Source of the DNA: Eledone cirrhosa
Taxonomy: Eukaryota
Assembly (NCBI GenBank): GCA_964016885.1
Contig: OZ024741.1
Span: forward strand, 93,372,001-93,436,000
Reading direction: 5' to 3'
Length of the DNA stretch: 64,000 bases
Shown: piece after piece, positions 13,285-25,559 of the stretch
Numbering within the stretch: the stretch's first letter is position 1
How the letters are laid out: each line of letters opens with the position of its first letter
Notes under the pieces: generated by a model
Database searches by the model: none
Seen by the model: the letters and a program-made list of their open reading frames with translations, nothing else
What the model was told of the DNA's origin: nothing
Translations under genes and position numbers: made by a program

Positions 13285-13304
13285 CTCTTCAAACAAAGGA
13301 CTAC
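13285..13304 (-). CDS. Candidate 20-nt microexon (C-SPLFEE)
   Basis: ttgatttatttttcag|GTAGTCCTTTGTTTGAAGAG|gtaatg; good acceptor and donor. Confidence 0.3.
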
Positions 13305-15017
13305 CTGAAAAATAAATCAATTGAACATTCAACAATATGTTTGCTTCATTATCATCATCATCATTTACCATCCATTCTTCCATGTTGCCATGGGTTGGAC
13401 AGATTGTTACAGACCAAGTCAGTATTAACTCTTGGTACCAACCCACCCAAAACTGCCAGTCTGTCCATCTATTTTAAAGGATTTCTATTTAAATTTAAAT
13501 CTCCTAACATATTTTAATAAGTTATATTACATATACCATCTTAATAATGGAATAATTAATAATTTTAGTATATTCCTCAAACTTTTTCATTGATTAATTA
13601 GAATGCAATGTATATCATGAGAAATAGTCATAAAAAGGTTATCAGAGCTTATATCTTCCCAGATGTATCTGGGACCACATTTCATGTTCCAGTTTTAATA
13701 CAGTTTCTACAGCTGGATGCCCTTCCTATCACCAACTACTTTATAGAGTATACTAAGTGGCTAGTTATAGGAAGGGCATTTAACATTTGTAAGAATAAAT
13801 TATATCTGATGAAAGATAACAAAGATAAAGGTGGCAGAAATAGGGGAAAATAAAATGAAATGTTCTGCAGAGTTTTATCAGTATTCTGAGATTAGATCTG
13901 ACTACTTATGTCACATCATGATGGTGGTGGTGGTAGTGATGTCTCCAATACCAACATTTTCATCACTACTTTTGCCACCAGCATTATCATCCTCATCACT
14001 AACAGCACCACCAGTATCACTGGAACCAACATCACCACAACCACTACCACCATAATTTTCGATTGTTTCTTTTTTTTTATACTGGCATGGCTTGGAAGGG
14101 TCTCACAGTAATTTTCCTCTTGTCTTGGCCCTTCAAGTAATTAATTATCATTCTATTCACAACTAAAATACTTTACTTGAGTATTAAATAGTGCTCCTTG
14201 TCCCAGTATTATTCTGGTCCCCCATAGGATTAGTGAGGGCTCTTAAATCAAGTCAATGACTGATAACCTCCTGGGTACTGCTGTCATGATAAAACACCCA
14301 GCACACTCTGTAAAGTGGTTGATGACAGGAAGAACAGCCAGTCATGGAAAGCTTGCCTAAAAAAGGGTCAAGAGGACTCTTTAATTAGTAATCGTCATCA
14401 TCATCACTGTTTTACGTCCATTCTTCCACGCTAGCATGGGTTAGACAGGTTGTCCTGTTATGGGCGATGTTAGGTCAGGTAACCTTGTCTTGCTCATACG
14501 GGAACTGATTCTGGCGTGATTTCTACAGCTAGATGCCCTTCCTAACACCAACCTCATTTACAGTGAGTGCTGGGTGCTTTTTTTTTTGTGGCGCTTACAT
14601 GACCACTTTACAGTGGTGGGCTGGGTGCTTTTTTGTTGTGACACCTCCACGACCACTTTGCAGTGGGAGCATATTGTCTATATGCTTCAACTTCGGTTTG
14701 TACCTGTGGGAAGTTGGGTCTTCTGTGTTACTGCATGACACCAGAGGTCACGGTCCTGTGTCATCGCCATTGAGAGGTGCAATTGGGCAAGGTCCACTTT
14801 TATCACCTCATCCCAGGTCTTCCTGGGTCTCCCCACTCCATGGCTTTCAACTTTTAGTGCTCTGCACCTTTGTATGAAATTGTCATCCTTCATACGCATC
14901 ATATGTCCATACCAATCCATCCACCTCTCCTGCATACAGCATTTGATTCCTCTTATGCTCAGTCTCTCTCTCAACTCGCTTATGCTTTGCCATTCGCATA
15001 TATTACTGCTAGCTGGT

Positions 15018-15650
15018 CCGTCCAGCTAGGTATAGGCACTTTATCTTTTCAGGAAGCCCCCCTCCACTCCAGTTCAAAGATACCGCACACCCTCTCAAGT
15101 CACATTGTCGTTCCAAGTACGTATCAACGGGGGGGGGGGGGGGGGGGGGCTATTGTGGTGACTCATTTCTGACACGTGAAAAATACCACTACCACCACTG
15201 GAATGCTCAATGACCATAATCACTCGATTCCGTGGTAAAAGTTACAACTGTGGTGTTGGACCATTAGTTTTGCGACATGATGACAGACCTGCATAGTGAT
15301 TACACGTCATGCAACGTTGAAATACTAATAGATAGAGATCTGCATAAGATCAATGTAAATCGTAACATGAAACAATGAATTAAAGTTAGTTGTTTACCGT
15401 TTTGAAGTCAGCCGCGCATTAGACCAAGAGGTCTTTACATTACCATGTTTAGGTTGCCAGAGAGTATACCCTCGGCGGAATGCGCCAGGCAGGTTAAAAG
15501 AGAGGGAGATAGCTCTCAGCTCTCTCCTTTATAGGGTCCCTGGACGGAAGTGACAAAGAAGGTTCTGCCACCTCAACTCCAGCTACTTCCTGTCTAGAGA
15601 GTGCTACTGGTGATGTGATCGTCATAACAAGGGAGGCAACTCTTGCTACA
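15018..15650 (-). mobile_element. LTR-like fragment
   Basis: Starts TGTAGCAAG at 15650 on the minus strand with a TATA-like CTATAAAGG at about 15527-15535. No TSD or partner LTR found. Confidence 0.35.
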
Positions 15651-15677
15651 GTGTGTTCTATGGCATCCAGTTATATA

Positions 15678-15720
<43 letters not shown>

Positions 15721-15728
<8 letters not shown>

Positions 15729-16402
15729 GAATAATCGAGTATCGGAAAATCAGCTCACGAATTTACGATAAACAAATCCGACATAAGTGGCAGAGGGCTC
15801 AATAATTCAGATAAATCAGAGCTATAACTATCGTTAAAATACCAACACACAAAGATTATGCCTAAAATCACCCATGCAGCCGAAAAATAACGACCAGGAA
15901 GATTCGGGTCACTCAGATAAAATATCAATAAATCAATAATTTATATGAATGTAAAAACTTACCCGGACCCACTAGAAAGGTGGTAAATCTAGCTTCTTGG
16001 GTTTCTGCAATTCCTTAATCCGCCCCCTATCAGCCCACATAAAAATATATAAGACTTCTAGGGAGCGGAGGGACCGGAATGCTTTATCAATGGGTCATGT
16101 CCGACGAATAAAGAAGTTAACTATAGCTAGACGCACATGGAGTCCAGCAAGGGAGATAACCTCTATATTCGCGAAAAATAATCGGTAATGTGGAATACAC
16201 ATATCGAATAAGAGTGCTCGATAGACATGTTAAAATAAACAGGAGCTATTCATTATTCAATAGAATCGATAAAAAATGAACAATAAAATTAACTGGTCAA
16301 TAGCTATGTCTAGAGCTAAATATAATAGAATAATCGAGTATCGGAAAATCAACTCACGAATTTACGATAAACAAATCCGACATGAGTGGCAGAGGGCTCA
16401 AT
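15721..16402 (-). repeat. 599-bp monomer with 83-bp terminal direct repeat ending in (TA)n
   Basis: 15721-15803 and 16320-16402 differ at 2 positions; abuts a long (TA)n tract. Confidence 0.85.
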
Positions 16403-18590
16403 GTACCTAGCTTCGCTTGGATAAACAGACGATAAGCTGTCTGTACAGTCGAACTAAATGTAAACAAATCGCTGCGTAGTTAACAAAATAAATACAATGT
16501 TTGTTTATATTTTGTTTTTGTAGTTCTGTTTTCCGATGTATTGTGTGTCTGTACATGAATATATAATTATATATATAATTAATTAAAAGTTGGTTTTAAG
16601 CGAAGTCAATGCAGACAGGCAAACATACAGACAGATATTACAAGTGTGTGACGTTATAGCTATGTTTCTATCTAAAAAGAGAGAGGAATGTCGTATTATA
16701 TAAAATAAAATATCAGTAATGTACTCCTCACTTTCTTCCTTGGAAAAAGTTACATCTATGGTCCCATTTGGCCAAAAGTTTGTTACATACATAGATACAT
16801 ACATACATACGGCCGTCAGCTTTATTAATATAGATTACACATCCATTGGAGCATGCAGGCTTCGTTTCTTTCTAATCTACACACAGCGCCCAGGTCTCAC
16901 TACCATGTAACATCGCTATTCGTATACACGCACCATACAGTCTGCCTTTCATGTTGAAGGAAAAGCCTTTTGCAGCTAGCAGTGGCAGTAACTCCCTGAA
17001 CTTCTTCCATCCCGTTCTTACCCTAGTTATTGTACTTTCCGAACTCCCACCTCCGCTGCTAATTTCGTCACCTAGGTAGCAGAAGCTGTCTACTGTTTCT
17101 ACAGAGTTTGGTAGTGCTTGTTTCCTGTGACTGTTTGCTGCTTACTGTCCCGGTGCAGCTGCTACATGTAAAGCCTACATTCTTAACTAAGCTTCCTGAG
17201 ATCCCACTACATCTCTTGTGTACCCATTGTTTGCATTTGGGGCAGAGGATGGAGTTTCTACCTACACCTTTCCTACATACTGAGCAAGGCCATTTCCCTG
17301 AGGGGATCTGGGTTCTGTTTTCTCATCTACTTACGAGGACCTTAGTCTTTGTCAGGTTGACTTTGAGACCCCTTCTTTCTAGTCCCTGCTTCCATGTTTG
17401 GAATTTCTTCTTTAGTTCCGCCATAGATTCAGCTATAAGTGTAAGATTATCTGCATACAGAAGTTCCCATGGGCATCCGGTCTTAAACTCTTCTGTTGTA
17501 GCCTGCAATACTATAATAAACAGGAGAGGGCTAAGAACAGAGCCCTGGCGGACACCGACCTGTATGCTAAATTCCTCGCTATAGTCATTGTTAACCCTAA
17601 CTTTGCTGACTGCTCCCCTATACATGGCTTGTACGGCTCTCACAAGCCATTTATCTACTCCTAGTTTTCTAAGAGCCCACCAGATTATAGCACAGGACAC
17701 ACTGTCGAAGGCTTTTTCTAGAGCGGCTTACTTTTAGCTAGGTACTTTTCCTGTAACTGCCTCACAAGGAAGAGAGCATCAGTGGTGCTTTTTCCTGGCA
17801 CAAACCCAAACTGCATCTCATCTAGTTTTACCTGGTCCCTAATCAACTGTGCTATAACTTTTTCCGTTACTTTCATGACCTGGTCTATCAGCTTTATACC
17901 TCTAGTTTCCTCTATCTAGTGCATCTCCTTTACCTTTGTAGCAGTTGACAATGATGCTGCTGTACCAATCCTTTGGTATGACACCCTCCTGTATTACCTG
18001 GTTAACAATACGTGTGGTGATAGTGTGACCTACCGACCCAGATGCTTTTAGCATCTTGGCAGCTATACCCGATGGACCGGTTGCTTTCTCAGTCTTCATA
18101 TCTTTAATTGCCTTACTTATTACACTGCTGCTGACTTGTACTGCTGGTCCCTCTATAGGGTCCACTTGGGGTAGAGTCTCTTTCTCCCATGCATTCTCCT
18201 CATTTAATAATCTTTCATAATAGCTCTTCCACACAGCTTTCTTCTCGGCACTTGTGAGGGCAAGCTCACCTTTATCATTCTGGACACACTTCTCTCCAAT
18301 TACATCACAATTTTCTCTGACACACTGCCTCGCAATCCTGAACATCTCCTATTTCTGGTTCTCACGCTACAAAACATGCGTGCTTGGTTTGAGATGACCT
18401 GTCCAACCCTTGCCAGCAGGAGAAACTGATATTAAATGATAATGAATTATAGATAACAGGTGAATAAATCGATAAAGTTTCCTTGGAAATGGAAAAAAAT
18501 AGGTAGAGATATATATGAGAATCAAACTTCAGATCTCTAAAATGTTGGATGAGTACATTTAACCATTACACATCTAGCTACCAATTTATA

Positions 18591-18745
18591 TTTTCACGGT
18601 AAAGGCTTTACCTCACATAATATCAAATCTATGAGATTTTGATATTTATTTTGAGAACAATACCTTAACATCAGTATGAGTGGCCGGTTTGAACAGAAAG
18701 GTGAGAGAATTCTGGCTGGATACGGCTGGTTTAGATGCTAAAGGG
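18591..18745 (-). mobile_element. piggyBac-derived MITE
   Basis: Ends ...GATGCTAAAGGG|TTAA; internal similarity to 357-479 (TTTTCRCGGTAAAGGC...GAGATTTTGAT...CGGTTTGAACA). Confidence 0.7.
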
Positions 18746-19494
18746 TTAAAGTGTTAATCTAGAAGTGCAATGTGGTAGCTTCCCATAAAAACTTACATAT
18801 TTTCAAATTTCAAGTTTCCCTAATTCTTTATAAATTAACTAAATGTTGTTTACATCTCTAGCTTAACACTTAAAGCTTCTAAAAAAAACTAATTGACAGT
18901 GCTTTAACAGGTATTTTAGTTGTATTTTGGTCATGTATCTGTTGATGTGTGATTGAAGTCAGGAAAGGGATTTCTCCAAGACATTGATATCAAGTGGAGA
19001 AGGACCAGCAAGAAAACAAACTGCTAATTACATATTTATTTCAGCAGCTGATTAGGTTGGATTTACAATCATAATGTTGTGAGTTCGATTCCTGGACCAG
19101 GTTGCGCATTGTGTTCTTGAACAAAACATTTCATTTCATGTTGTTCTAATACACTCAGGATAAGCACTGGTCTGATGAGCCTCCAGGCTTAGGGCAAACT
19201 TTTTTTTAATATGGAATGCATTAACCATATGACATTATATTGCTTCACTTTCGATGGTAGGATGACGCAAGAAGACATTATTTTACACAGTTCACAGAAA
19301 ATATATATATATATTTATTTTTTTACAATGTTTTTTGGTGAAATTGTATTGGTTTGGAGTTGCTAGTTATATATTTATTTTTAACCATGGAATACAACAA
19401 ATCCATGTGGCGAACAGTAACAGATAAAAATATTCAACACTTCAAAATAACAACAAGCATAATGTTTTTATTACCATTAAAAGTAAAATTTATA

Positions 19495-20758
19495 CAGGGT
19501 GGGGCATAAGTTTTGAAGCAAATAAAAATGCTTTTAATAACAAAACTGCTAACTTTATTGACCAGCACCATATATGTAATTATACATAAATATCTTTAGA
19601 ATATAATGTATAGAGTTTATTCAAAATGACCCCCTAATGCAGCAATAACAGCCTCTAACCTCCATCCAACATCTTTCACCAAAGTATGCAACATTTCTTG
19701 GGGTATTTCTTTCCAAGTGCTCAGTAAAGATGCCTTTAAATCATCGACTGTCTTGTGGACTTTTGAACAGGCTTTTTCCTCAATGATAGACCATACTGAA
19801 AAATCCATAGGGTTCAAATCAGGGTAACATGGAGGCCACATTTCTTTTGATCAGAACCTTGGAAGATGGTCTCTGCACCAAGCTTGTGTGACATTTGGTG
19901 TATAGGAGGTGGCTCCATCCTGTTGGGAGGCCCACAGATAATCATTGCCAAAATGATTAGTTGCAAAAGCAAGCATAGGCTCCAGAAAACTTTATGTAAG
20001 ATTGGGAGCTGATTTTTGTCCTTTCTTCCACAAAAATGAGAGGAGACTTCCAAGATGATGAACCAGACCCCTAGACCATAACAGAAGCTGATTTCATTGT
20101 ATGGAATACAGATGTTTTGGTCAACATTGATTGCTGATGCTTCTTTCCCAATGATTTGATCATTTCTTCAGTTGTGTGTCTGCTCAACAGTGAAAACCTT
20201 TTTATCTGATCAGACAATTTCTTTAAGCTAATTCTTGCTGCTCTCTAGCCTTTTTTGTTTTGCTTTTTCAGAAAGGGTTTGTCTCTTCTACAGGGTGAAG
20301 GAAGACATTCTCAAGTCATCATTGATGATCCTTCTCGTTGTCCTAGGGTTTACTCAGACCTCGTTTGCTATTTTTCTCATGGACTTTTTCGGATTTCTTC
20401 TTATCTTTTCTCGAATGGCTTTAATGAGAGTAAGAGTCCGTTTAGTTTGCGGTCTTCCACTTCTGGGTCTATCCGACAAATCTCCTTGCTCTTTAAAACA
20501 CCTCACAGCTTTCCAAACAGTAGATATAGCAACTGAAAGTAACTTTGCAATATCCGAATCTGACCTCCCTGCACGATGATGTTTGAGTATCATTTATCTA
20601 TTGGATGACATTTTCAAATTCTTTAAGAAATTCAAAGTCCAATATGGTTACATAGATTAATGTTTTAACCTGATAATAAAAGAAGATCAATGATATACTT
20701 ACAACACTTTTAGAAACCAAATTTCAAAAATTTGCATCCGAACTTATGCCCTGCCCTG
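19495..20758 (-). mobile_element. Full-length decayed Tc1/mariner (DD37D/maT-like), 1264 bp
   Basis: TIRs TA|CAGGGTGGGGCATAAGTTTTGAAGCAAAT and ATTTGCATCCGAACTTATGCCCTGCCCTG; HTH with DRPRSGRP (20354-20593); WPPCYPDLNPMDFSVWS...GGHFE (19617-19841). Confidence 0.9.
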
Positions 20759-20942
20759 TTGTTCAAGGAAAAGGAAAGTATCTTCTTGGAATGTAAATAT
20801 ATATATATAGATGTAGTGGAACTTGTAAACAAGATGTATCATAGAGAATTTTTAGAGAGGGCCAGTTTGAATTAAGGTGTTTGCTTGCTGGCTGGCTAGC
20901 TGGTTGTCTTAGCAGTCAGTCAAAATAACCATGATTGCTTAC

Positions 20943-20955
20943 AGCCAAAATCCAT
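20943..20955 (-). CDS. Candidate first coding exon (MDFG-C)
   Basis: GGCA-ATG-GAT-TTT-GGC-T|gtaagc; good Kozak context; CpG-richer unique sequence upstream (21100-21210). Confidence 0.3.
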
Positions 20956-21257
20956 TGCCGAGAAGATTTGCCACTATATAACAACCCTTTTATACCTCAG
21001 GGTGACACCATAGTTTATTAACCAAATGGAAGGGAGAGTCAGGCATCAGGGGAACCTTCAGTGTTTTTTTTTGTGTGTGAGAATTTTTCTTTTCTAGATA
21101 TTTTCGAGTGTTTTCAACAAATCTGACCTCCAGCTCGGAATCGACTGGATTTTTTTTAACAAAAGGGAAGGAGAACCACGGAGTTTCGCTTTCGGAAAGT
21201 AACGATAAAATGGGAGGTATAAAATCATATACATTGTATGTTCGGTTATCTATCTAT

Positions 21258-23731
21258 GTGCTACTTGATCCCAAGCAAATGTGTGCGACCTTTCAGCGGC
21301 ACTTTGCGTGACTGTTTGAGCAGAACGACGGTGAGCCGAACGGGGCAATGGACTTTAGTTCATACCTCGACGGCCTGCCGCATCTTTCGAACACGGATGC
21401 CGAGTTCTGCGAAAGACTGATCATGGACACTGAGATACGGGACGCTCTGGCCGCTGCAGGAAACGCAAGTCACCCGGTCTAGATGGTCTACTCTACGAGT
21501 TTTACATAGGCATGCCGGACTTGTTCTCTGGCGTCCTTGAAGCCGTCTACTGCAATTGGCAGCAGAACAGGAGAATTCCCAGTTCTGCAGGCAAGGGCCT
21601 AGTAACGCTGATCAGGAAAGACGAGAACAAGGGGGACGAAATTAACAACTTCAGGCCCATAACGCTGCTCAACACAGAGTTAAAGATTTTGGCCAAGGTG
21701 CTAGTGACGAGGTTGGCGCTTGTCGTCGAGAACCTGGTAGGGAAAGCGCAAACGTGTGCAATCCCGACCAGGTCCATACACGACAACCTCCACCTCATGC
21801 GATACATCATAGAGAGGGTGGGTAGTAAACCCGGCTTCGGTGGGGCTCTGATCAACTTGGATCAGTCTAAGGCATTCGATAGGGTCGACCATCGATACTT
21901 GGAAGCGGTTCTCAAGGTGGCCGGTTTCGGTCCCGTGATCAGAGGATGGATCGAGGCGATGCACACCAGCATCTGATCGAGGGTCAAGGTAAACGGCTAC
22001 CTATCAGAGCCGTTCGCAATCACGCGTTCCATTCGACAGGGGTGCCCTCTCTCCTCCATTCTGTATTTATTGACTCTAGAGCCACTACTGCGGAAATTGG
22101 GGCTGTTGCAGGGCATCCCTCTAGAACCGGGACTGCGCAAAGCGGCGTCGGCTTATGCCGACGACGTGACGGTAATGGTATCGAGCACCTCAGAAATTGG
22201 GGTGATTGGCAACTTACTGAAAGAATACGAAACGCTGACGGCAGCAAAACTAAACCCGGACAAGTCTGTCGGTTTGCAACTCGGTACGTGGAGAGGCAAA
22301 CCGATGACGTCCGACAGCGTCGTTGGACGCTGGACAGACGGACCGGTGAAATTGCTCGGGGTCTGGTTCGGTCCAACATCCAGGTGGAGAAAAACTGGAA
22401 CGAGGTCACGGCCAAGGTATTTGCACTCACCCAGAAGTGGGCAGAGTGCAAACTGTCCTTGAAAGGTCGAGTGGAGGTGGCGAACACTTTCATAGCATCC
22501 GTCATCTACTACCGCTTGACTGTCGTGCCTTGTCCCCGTGAACACCTCGCCAAGATGGAACACATGCTCTTCCAGTTTCTGTGGAAGAAGCAGGCTCCGC
22601 TGGTGAGGAGATCCGTCTGCTGTCAGCACCCTTCCAACAGAGGGCTGGGAATGCCGTAGCTGAGGCTGCGGCATCTCCAGGTATTCCTCACCGACCCCCC
22701 AACCGGTGTGGGCACCGTTTGTGAGACAGGCTTTCCCACAGCTCGTCTCGCTGACGGAGCTTCAGTCCTGGGTCAAGAAAAGACCGAAAACGATGGGCGC
22801 CTGGCACATTGAATGCGCTCACAGTCCTCTGGCAAGCGGGCGCAGCAATCAATGGAGACTCCACTTCGACATTCTATAGAGGGATTGTACGTTACAAGGA
22901 CGACGACGTGCTCGGCGTCGAAGACGATGAGCTCACCAGTCTGTTTGGTAGGACTTTCCGCCCGGGACCTATGGACAACTTCCAGAGGTCCCTGGCCTGG
23001 CAGTGCTACCGAGGAGCTCTACCGGTTCGTGACAAGATCTACAGGCACGGACGCCCCGGCAGGGATTCTTCCAAGAGGACGTGTCCAAGATGCGCGCAGG
23101 ACATTGAAACAGTCCTGCACGCAATTGTACACTGCCCGGGCGTAACCGACCTGTGGAACTATGCAGAACAACTGCTGTCGCGTATGGGACAAATCCAGTT
23201 GACTGCCGAGTCCATAGTAAGGATCAAACCGCCAGCCTCTTTCAAAAACGAAAGAGAGGCGGTTTTTCTCTGTACGGTGGCTATGGTGAAAGAAGTTATA
23301 TGGTGGACGAGGTTGAGAGGACTGAGGATAGATGCCTTTCTCTCCGGACAACAATTGATTCCCTTCTTTAAGTATCACTTTAGAAGGAGAATCAGGGTGG
23401 AGAGAGAGGCACTGCACTCCAGTAAATTTACTGAAAGGTGGGTGAATGAAGCGAAAATGGCCCGAGTGATTGGACCTTCTCTGTTTATAAGCCTGTAGAT
23501 TGAAGAAGACAGCAAAAGGAAGAAAGGAGCACTTGCACAACACGCTCCTGGAGTTGAGGGTTGTTCTATCGACGGGGTATTAAACAACCCATTTGTGGTG
23601 CCTCCCCCCTATTGGGGATTTCGATTGTTGTAATTGTTTGTTTTTATATTTTTTACACGACTATGTAAAATCCCCGGCATGTCTTTGTATTGTCCCCTTT
23701 TCTTGTGCGCCCTTGTGGCTAATAAAGAAAT
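21258..23731 (+). mobile_element. 5'-truncated Tx1/L1-clade LINE (ORF2 disrupted)
   Basis: KSPGLDG-like motif, NFRPITLLNTELKILAK, DQSKAFDRVDH, RQGCPLS, AYADD, C-terminal CPRC...HAIVHC; 3' end GGCTAATAAAGAAAT. Confidence 0.9.
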
Positions 23732-24732
23732 ATATCTATATCAGTTTGTGCGTATGTATATGTCCTAATTCTAACCCAAACTCTATTGTGAGGTAGGGTA
23801 AACAAACAAACAAAAGGGGGGGGGGGGAATATTCGCGAATTTAATGTACTCCTAGATATACAAGTGGGACGTTTTTTTGTTTATAGGCATTCTCAATTAG
23901 AACTAACCTGGGGCTAAAGAAAATCAACAACAACCACATTATATACACGATCAATAACACCACACTACAGGATGACACACATACACACTGACATTCATAT
24001 ATATGTATATTTTCCTATCTGTACACAAACAGTATAATATTCAATCGAAGTTGCGAGAAATGTGTATGTAAATACACATATTTCTACATGTAGACATGTC
24101 ATATTTACTTGTGTACAGAAATGAATTTATGGTATGTATACACACACACACATACATATATGTATATATATATATATATACATGTATATGTATGTTTTAT
24201 ATGTATGTTTTATATATATATTTATATATATATATATATATAAATGAAAAGTATAGAAATTGTTGTAGCGAGAAGCTAACAGTATTCCATAACATATATA
24301 TATATGTAGATAAATCTACCAAAATATACGGTAGTGTCCAATCCGTATGAAGAACTCAAGGTAATCCAAATATCATGAAAAGAGAAGATGCATTCAAAAA
24401 TTTTCGATGAAAATCATAGGAAAACAGAGTCAAGATAAATTATATATATATATATATATATATAGTAATAATAATAATAAATTTGAAGACTAAAATAAGG
24501 ATAAATATATATAAGAAATTACAAAAAAGATAGAGATAGTGAGCTATACGGACGACATCGGTATAGCAAGAGAGAATTTATAATATTAGAACATAAGAAA
24601 ATACATTATTTCTTTAAAGAACAGGCAATACCGGGTAAAATTTATTAAAAACAACCAATGTGTTACATCAAAATGTCATGTTTGTTAAAATATTGCTTTA
24701 TATACATTAATTTTCACATACCTGTCGTAGCA

Positions 24733-24814
24733 GACGAGGTGGCCGAGTGGTTAAGGCGATGGACTGCTAATCCATTGGGGTCTCCCCGCGTGAGTTCGAA
24801 TCTCATCCTCGTCG
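24733..24814 (+). tRNA. trnS-GCT: tRNA-Ser (anticodon GCT)
   Basis: GACGAGG/CCTCGTC acceptor stem, A-box TGGCCGAGTGG, anticodon arm ATGGA-CTGCTAA-TCCAT, long variable arm GGGG-TCT-CCCC, GTGAG-TTCGAAT-CTCAT, discriminator G; 82 nt. Confidence 0.96.
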
Positions 24815-24821
24815 ATGTAAG

Positions 24822-24834
24822 TTTTTTTTTTTTT
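24822..24834 (+). terminator. Pol III terminator of tRNA-Ser
   Basis: T13 run starting 8 nt after the tRNA end. Confidence 0.8.
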
Positions 24835-25161
24835 CTTCTTTCCAGCTTTTATTTGTTCACTGTTTTACTTACTGTGTACAACGATTAGGTTATGGATATT
24901 CTATTTTGTTTTGCCCGTGTACGACATTTAATAAGGCGAAAAATCGATACAGCCATTAGAATATTGAATAGAAGAATTCTTTGCAGGATTCGTTCTGGTT
25001 CTCAATCATCTAATTTCAAATACCTTCAATGTCAACTTTTCCTTTCATTCTTTCTCGGTCGATAAATAAAGTACCCGTCTGTAGCGAAATCGCACATTAA
25101 CCAAGTTGTAATTATACGAAATTATGGCTATTTTCATAATTTATGCACTATCGTATTAATA

Positions 25162-25347
25162 TTGTTTCTACTTTTGGCACAAGGCCAGAAATTACTCAGT
25201 ACATTACTGGTACTTTATTTTATCGACCCCGTAAGGATGAAAGGCAAAGTTAACCTCGGCGGGATTTGAACTCAGAATAGCAAGGGCCGTAACTCTATGC
25301 GTCAAAGCATGGCGTCCGACTCTCTACTGATACTGCCAATCCACCGC
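25162..25347 (-). mobile_element. SINE, same family as 2395-2969
   Basis: Reverse complement of the SINE from head (GCGGTGGATTGGCAGTATC) to tail (GTGCCAAAAGTAGAAACAAT). Confidence 0.85.
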
Positions 25348-25559
25348 AATATTAATTAACTTCAGTGCCCCAGTTCACTTTCTCTCATTTAGCAGCAGAG
25401 TTGGCTGCGACCAATTACGGCCACTGTTGCCCCGCCCACTCCTCCAAGTCGGTTTACTGACAGCCTATCATTTCTTACTCTCTTTACATTCTTCATTCAC
25501 ATCTTTAGCCGATTGCCATTTTAATTATTTAGTATAAAAAGAAATATAATGATACAATA

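Larger units (their letters stand above)
15009..16834 (-). mobile_element. Non-autonomous Helitron carrying secondary insertions
   Basis: Minus-strand 5' TCTATATTAATAAAGCTG...(TATG)n at 16834; 3' CTAG at 15009-15012; subterminal hairpin remnant displaced to about 16403-16420; no TSD in the host RTE. Confidence 0.7.
14391..18380 (-). mobile_element. 5'-truncated RTE (BovB-like) LINE split by an insertion at 15009-16834
   Basis: RT fragments (GVRQGSVLSPLLF, LLYADN), C-terminal WYGHMMRM...GRPRKTW and an (ATG)n-type tail at about 14391. TATTACTG (15001-15008) joins TTACACATCC (16835) to restore the RTE sequence seen at about 41420-41440. Confidence 0.9.

Noticed and set aside
21210-21222. Plus-strand start exon ATGGGAG|GTATAA
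   Set aside because: Weak donor and no downstream plus-strand exons recognised.
24388-24426. Hammerhead-like CTATGA...GAAA on the minus strand
   Set aside because: Core lacks a base and the stems are AT-only; could be chance or a decayed PLE end.
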